Positions 59,137 to 64,000 of a stretch of 64,000 bases of DNA are shown piece after piece. The position numbers were made by a program, and so were the translations under genes. Each line of letters begins with the position of its first letter. The stretch's first letter is position 1. The notes under the pieces were generated by a model. That model saw only the letters and a list, made by a program, of their open reading frames with translations, had not been told where the DNA came from and made no database searches. Origin of the DNA: Eledone cirrhosa (lineage: Eukaryota); the NCBI GenBank assembly GCA_964016885.1, contig OZ024756.1, forward strand, positions 31,620,001 through 31,684,000, written 5' to 3'.

Positions 59137-59426
59137 ATATGACGAATTTTGAGTATATATATATATATATATATGTATTGTTTACATGTAGGAATTCATA
59201 CTTTATTATTATTAATCACCCCCTAAGGTAGAGATAACATTTTGGCCGTTTAGACTGCTGCTATTTCTAGTGGCAGGACATTGACCTGTCCACCCTGCCT
59301 TTTGTCTTTGCACACGGCACCAGACAGAATTATTTCTTTCATCATTCGCTCTCATTTCGGAATGGTTTTGTATAGCGTCAGTTTGTGATTTGAACTCGGG
59401 AATTTTATATTCTCCGAGAGAGAAGA

Positions 59427-59508
59427 GCCCTCTGAAGATTGCTCCCTTCTCAATGGATATCCGCTTGGATTTTCCGTTTATTCAGGAGCATGAAACCGCG
59501 GTAAAGGC
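59427..59508 (+). ncRNA. Type I hammerhead ribozyme with long stem II insertion (family E)
   Basis: gccct-CTGAAGA-t tgctcc...ggagca t-GAAA-ccgcgg-TA-aaggc. Palindromic ACCGCGGT stem III. Confidence 0.75.
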
Positions 59509-59576
59509 ACATATAGTAAGTACTACGAATTTTTTAAAATTTATTTTAAAACATTTTCTCTATTTGCTAGACCTTG

Positions 59577-59623
<47 letters not shown>

Positions 59624-59699
59624 ATATGTATTTATGTTTATATGTATGTATTTATCTATCTATCTATCTATCTGTATGTCTCTCTTTCTTTCTCCCCCC

Positions 59700-59734
<35 letters not shown>

Positions 59735-59808
59735 CATACCTATATAGGTTATTTATATATTACATCATAAACACACACACACATATATATATGTATATGT
59801 ATATACAT

Positions 59809-59842
<34 letters not shown>

Positions 59843-59956
59843 GTATGTATATATATATATATATATATATATAGTATACGTGCATATAACTTTAGGTGTA
59901 TGTGTGTATGTATACATGTATACATGTATATATCCATGTATGTATACATCTATATA

Positions 59957-60051
<95 letters not shown>

Positions 60052-60163
60052 GTATATGTATGTATATATATATGTCTGAATACATGTATGAATGTATGTA
60101 GGGAAGTATATTCTTGTCTGAGAGTTCACAAATGTAATCAATGTTCACCCCCCCCTCCCTTAC

Positions 60164-60214
60164 CTACATATTCTGGAATGATTCCAACAGCAAATTGTGA
60201 AAGACTCATGAAAA
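60164..60214 (-). CDS. Candidate 51-nt exon (FMSLSQFAVGIIPEYV)
   Basis: Acceptor ttttcaatacattag, strong donor ag|gtaagg, length divisible by 3. Confidence 0.3.
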
Positions 60215-61299
60215 CTAATGTATTGAAAATACAATCACAGATACGACAAAGAAATATTGATCTTCACCAGCAAGACTATCTCCTTCACACTTCCCATCAC
60301 CCCCTCTGTTTTCAATATCTCATCTCACCCCTAACAGCCCACTTCTTCAATATACCATCACACCAAGGGCAGCATATCATCACTATCACCCCCCTTCGCC
60401 CTCACAAAACCATCACTATCACCATCATCACCTCCACCACCATATCACCACCATATCCCCCCCCACTCCCCCCACTGTCACCGCTGCCGTTGCCTCCGAC
60501 GCCGCAACCACAACCACAACCACCATACCACCACCACCACCGCGGCCACCACCACCATATCACCACCATACCATCCGCACCCACCCATCAAAGCCACCAC
60601 CACCACCACCACCACAACCAGCACCAGCAACAGTACCAGCGCCACCACCAGCACCACCACCACCACCACCAGCACCACCACCTTCACCACATCTGCCACC
60701 AACACAACCACCACAACCACTACCAGCACCACTACTACCACCAATGCACACCACCACCACCACCACCACCACCACCACCACCACCACCACCACCACCACA
60801 TCTACCACCAACACCACCAACACACACCACCACCACCACCACCACCACTACAACACCACCATATAAATATATCGCAAAAAAAATTATGCAGTTATGTTAG
60901 GAGGAAAATGATTATATGTTTATAATTTTAGTCATAATGTTGTGCAAGGGTAGCATCAGGTCAGAGATCAATGCTTCATGTTACGTTCCTGACGATCACC
61001 CTTGACATACACTGCACCAATTTAATGATATGAAGGAGAGTGTTTTGCTTACAATTTCCTAGTTGTGTTCGATTTCGAGCCTCGTCGCTGGATTTCACGT
61101 TCAGATAGATTTTGCTGTAGATTTTGCTCTTCTCTGACTCAAATTTAATCCAACTTAGGAAACTTGTAAGTAAAGTAAATCAATTTAATCTCGGCGTTAT
61201 TTGAAACCAGAGAGCGAAGAGAATTGTAACTATTGAACACAACCACAAGGATGTAGTCTGAACGTGGAAGAGCCGAACTCCCACTGTCATCGCTTCCAT

Positions 61300-61632
61300 C
61301 TCTCTCGCCCTCCCCGTCTCTCTGTATGGTGAGTGAATGGGGTCCCACGTGATGGCCTCCCCACAGCCCCCGCGGACAGAATGGGGAAGGTGTTTCCCCG
61401 GAGGATGGTAAGGGAGATGCGTTAGAAGAACCATTCCAATTCGCAAGGCTCACACCTGCGGCTGGCTAGTTCAGTGCCTATGGTGGTGAGTAGGGAGGTA
61501 GCCCTAGGGCCAAGGACACCAGAAGTCTCCACTGCCAAGGGCACGACCGCGAACCTGTCGGAGCGTGACCGGTACTTGGAGAGTTTTGCCTCCTCAGCCC
61601 GACGTGCAGCAGAACCTGGGTTAGTTTCTGTG
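61300..61632 (-). mobile_element. CRE-clade non-LTR retrotransposon fragment (restriction-like endonuclease C-terminus)
   Basis: GSAARRAEEAKLSKY..RFAVVPLAVETSGVLGPRATSLL..IG...EWFF*RISLTILRGN matches the AE..K..KY...F.P.A.ET.G..G...QR.S..I.RGN signature. One in-frame stop. Confidence 0.8.
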
Positions 61633-61671
61633 TATATATGCCACCATAGAGAAGACGAGAAAGATCCTACA

Positions 61672-61775
61672 ATTTCTGTAGAGGCGAATAAAGTCTGTGA
61701 TAAAAGAGTGAGCATAAAGTCTTTTTCCTTTTGTTTCATAGATGCGATTTTGTTACTGAAAGTTACAACTACTTC
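61672..61775 (-). CDS. Candidate exon (EVVVTFSNKIASMKQKEKDFMLTLLSQTLFASTEI)
   Basis: Acceptor ctctcttctacag with a single open frame. An upstream strong donor aag|gtaagc at 61950 is phase-compatible. Confidence 0.3.
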
Positions 61776-62106
61776 CTGTAGAAGAGAGTATAAAACATGT
61801 TCAGAAAAACTTTAAACTTGAAATTTATAAATTAAAACAATCTAAAAGTAAAATCTCAAATAGTATCTGAGATATGGTATTTTATAATCAGGCAAAGACT
61901 TCATGCTCATCTTGTACATTATCAAGTTTAGGTATCTTGTATGGCTTACCTTAGCTGCTCCTTTGAGGGCACAGAGGAAGTTTAAACCCCGTCACTTCGT
62001 ATTTAAAGATATACTAATTTCTTATTGTCCATTTCTGAATAAAATATTTGAGCAAGATAAATTTCTTATCAATACAACACATTCTCACTGTTTTATTTTA
62101 TTTCAG

Positions 62107-62152
62107 TTATATGTCTTCTCGTTTAAATGCAGAGACTGGCGCAATACTGCAG
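62107..62152 (+). CDS. Candidate 46-nt exon (YMSSRLNAETGAILQ)
   Basis: Acceptor ttttattttatttcag and donor cag|gtaaat. Phase-compatible with 54517-54669. Confidence 0.3.
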
Positions 62153-62331
62153 GTAAATTGTTGCAAATCTACTTCAACATTTTTTCTCTTGGTAAATGCT
62201 ATGGCTGTGTGTGAATATCTGTGTTATTGCTATTATTGTTCTCGTTTTTATTGTTGTTCTTCTTATTACAGAGCGAGTTTCCATCACCCAATATAATATA
62301 TTTCGGAAAAGAAAAAAGTGTTTTTTCCCAT

Positions 62332-62378
<47 letters not shown>

Positions 62379-62611
62379 ACACCTGGTTTGAAAACAAGCT
62401 CGTTTATATTTGTTTTCATTTTGTTTTGAGTTCGTAAACACGTATATTTTAGGGGATGGGTGAGGGCGTGTATAGGGGGCGGTGTTAGTTGATTAAATAC
62501 TTGATAACAGGAAAAGTTAATTTCGTCTGAATTTGAACTCTGAACGTTAATAGGAGACGTAACTAAATACACGAAATGAACTTTTTATGACATTCTATCG
62601 ATTCTGCCAAG

Positions 62612-62983
62612 CGATGATGGTGGTGATGATGATGATGATGTGATGGTGACGATGATGATGATGATGGTGATGGTGGTGATGATGATGATGATGATGATGG
62701 TGATGGTGATGATGATGATGATGTGACGGTGACGATGATGATGATGATGGTGGTGATGATGGTGATGATGATGATGACGGTGACGATGATGATGATGGTG
62801 ATGGTGATGATGATGATGATGATGTGACGGTGACGATGATGATGATGGTGATGGTGGTGATGATGATGATGGTAACGGTGACGATGATGATGATGATGGT
62901 GATGGTGATGGTGATGGTGATAGTGATGGTGATGATGATGATGATGATGATGATGGTGACGGTGACGATGATGATGATGATGG

Positions 62984-63015
<32 letters not shown>

Positions 63016-63560
63016 GTGATGGTGATGATGATGATGATGATGATGGTGATGATGATGGTGATGGTGATGATGACGATGATGATGAAAAAAACGAAAAAAA
63101 AACAGACTAATAAACAACAAAAAAAGAATATAAAAGATAAAAATACAAAAATACAACAAAAACAAAACATAATACAGTGTTAATCCTCAAAAGTCCAGGA
63201 ACGCAGCAACTCCAATGAAAACGATGACAAAAACCACCGACTGCTATAACAACGTCGACGACAACGACAACTACAATGAAAACAACGACAACAACGACAA
63301 TGAAAGCGATGACAACGACAACTACAATGAAAACAACGACAACGACAACGACAATGAAAGCGATGACAACGACAATGAAAACAACGACAACGACAATGAA
63401 AGCGATGACAACAACAACTACAATGAAAACAACGACAACGACAACGACAACGACAATGAAAGCGATGACAACAACAACGACAATGAAAACAACGACAACA
63501 ACAACGACAATGAAAGCGATGACAACGACAACGACAATGAAAACGATGACAAAAACCACC
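62612..63560 (+). repeat. (GAT/GGT)n tract followed by acaacg/aatgaaa minisatellite
   Basis: Direct inspection. Confidence 0.9.
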
Positions 63561-64000
63561 GACTACTATAACAACAACGATGACAACAACGACCAGGAAG
63601 AAAACGAAAATTACCAGGACTGTGATAAAGATGATGATGATGATGATGATGATGAAAAAAAAAAGAAAAAAAAAGAAGAAAAGAACACGTAAAAACAAAA
63701 TAAAAAAGAATATATAAAGAATATATAAAAGAATATATAAAGAATATATAAAAAATACAACAAAAACAGAACATAATACTGTGTTAATCCTCTAAAGTCC
63801 AGGAACGCTACAACTCCAATTTCATGGATGGTTTCCAATATGTCTGCGATCTACGATGGGTTCCACAAGCAATTCTTCCGATTGTTGCCAAAAATTCAAT
63901 AACTTACACCTTCTAGGACATTGTTGCTATTGTTGTTGTTGTTGTTGTGGTGGTGCTGGTGGTGGTTGCGGTTGTTGCGGTTGTTGTTGCTGTTGTTGAT

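Overview
Eukaryotic (metazoan) nuclear DNA, very AT-rich and dominated by microsatellites [(TA)n, (CA)n, (TACA)n, (TCTA)n, (GAA)n, (CAA/CAC)n, (GAT)n]. The SINE repertoire and repeat density suggest a coleoid cephalopod, probably an octopod (inference from recalled repeat sequences, not a database result). Almost all ORFs in the supplied track are microsatellite artefacts. Supported features: one intact tRNA-Asp(GTC), a tRNA-Gly-like relic, many tRNA-derived SINE copies (Deu/Nin-like core), Tc1/mariner and hAT-like MITEs, decayed LINE fragments (CR1/L2-group, Tx1, CRE), and a ~610-bp bipartite RTE-derived non-autonomous retroposon in (TACA)n. The most striking signal is a high density of type I hammerhead ribozyme motifs: 8 with intact cores in about 6 unrelated sequence families, plus roughly 10 degenerate or half copies. 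They lie in short elements joined to (TA)n and often capped by inverted duplications, the signature of Penelope-like elements or retrozymes. One ~250-bp palindrome carries a complete hammerhead on each strand. Several short exon-like segments occur on both strands but could not be assigned to a known gene.
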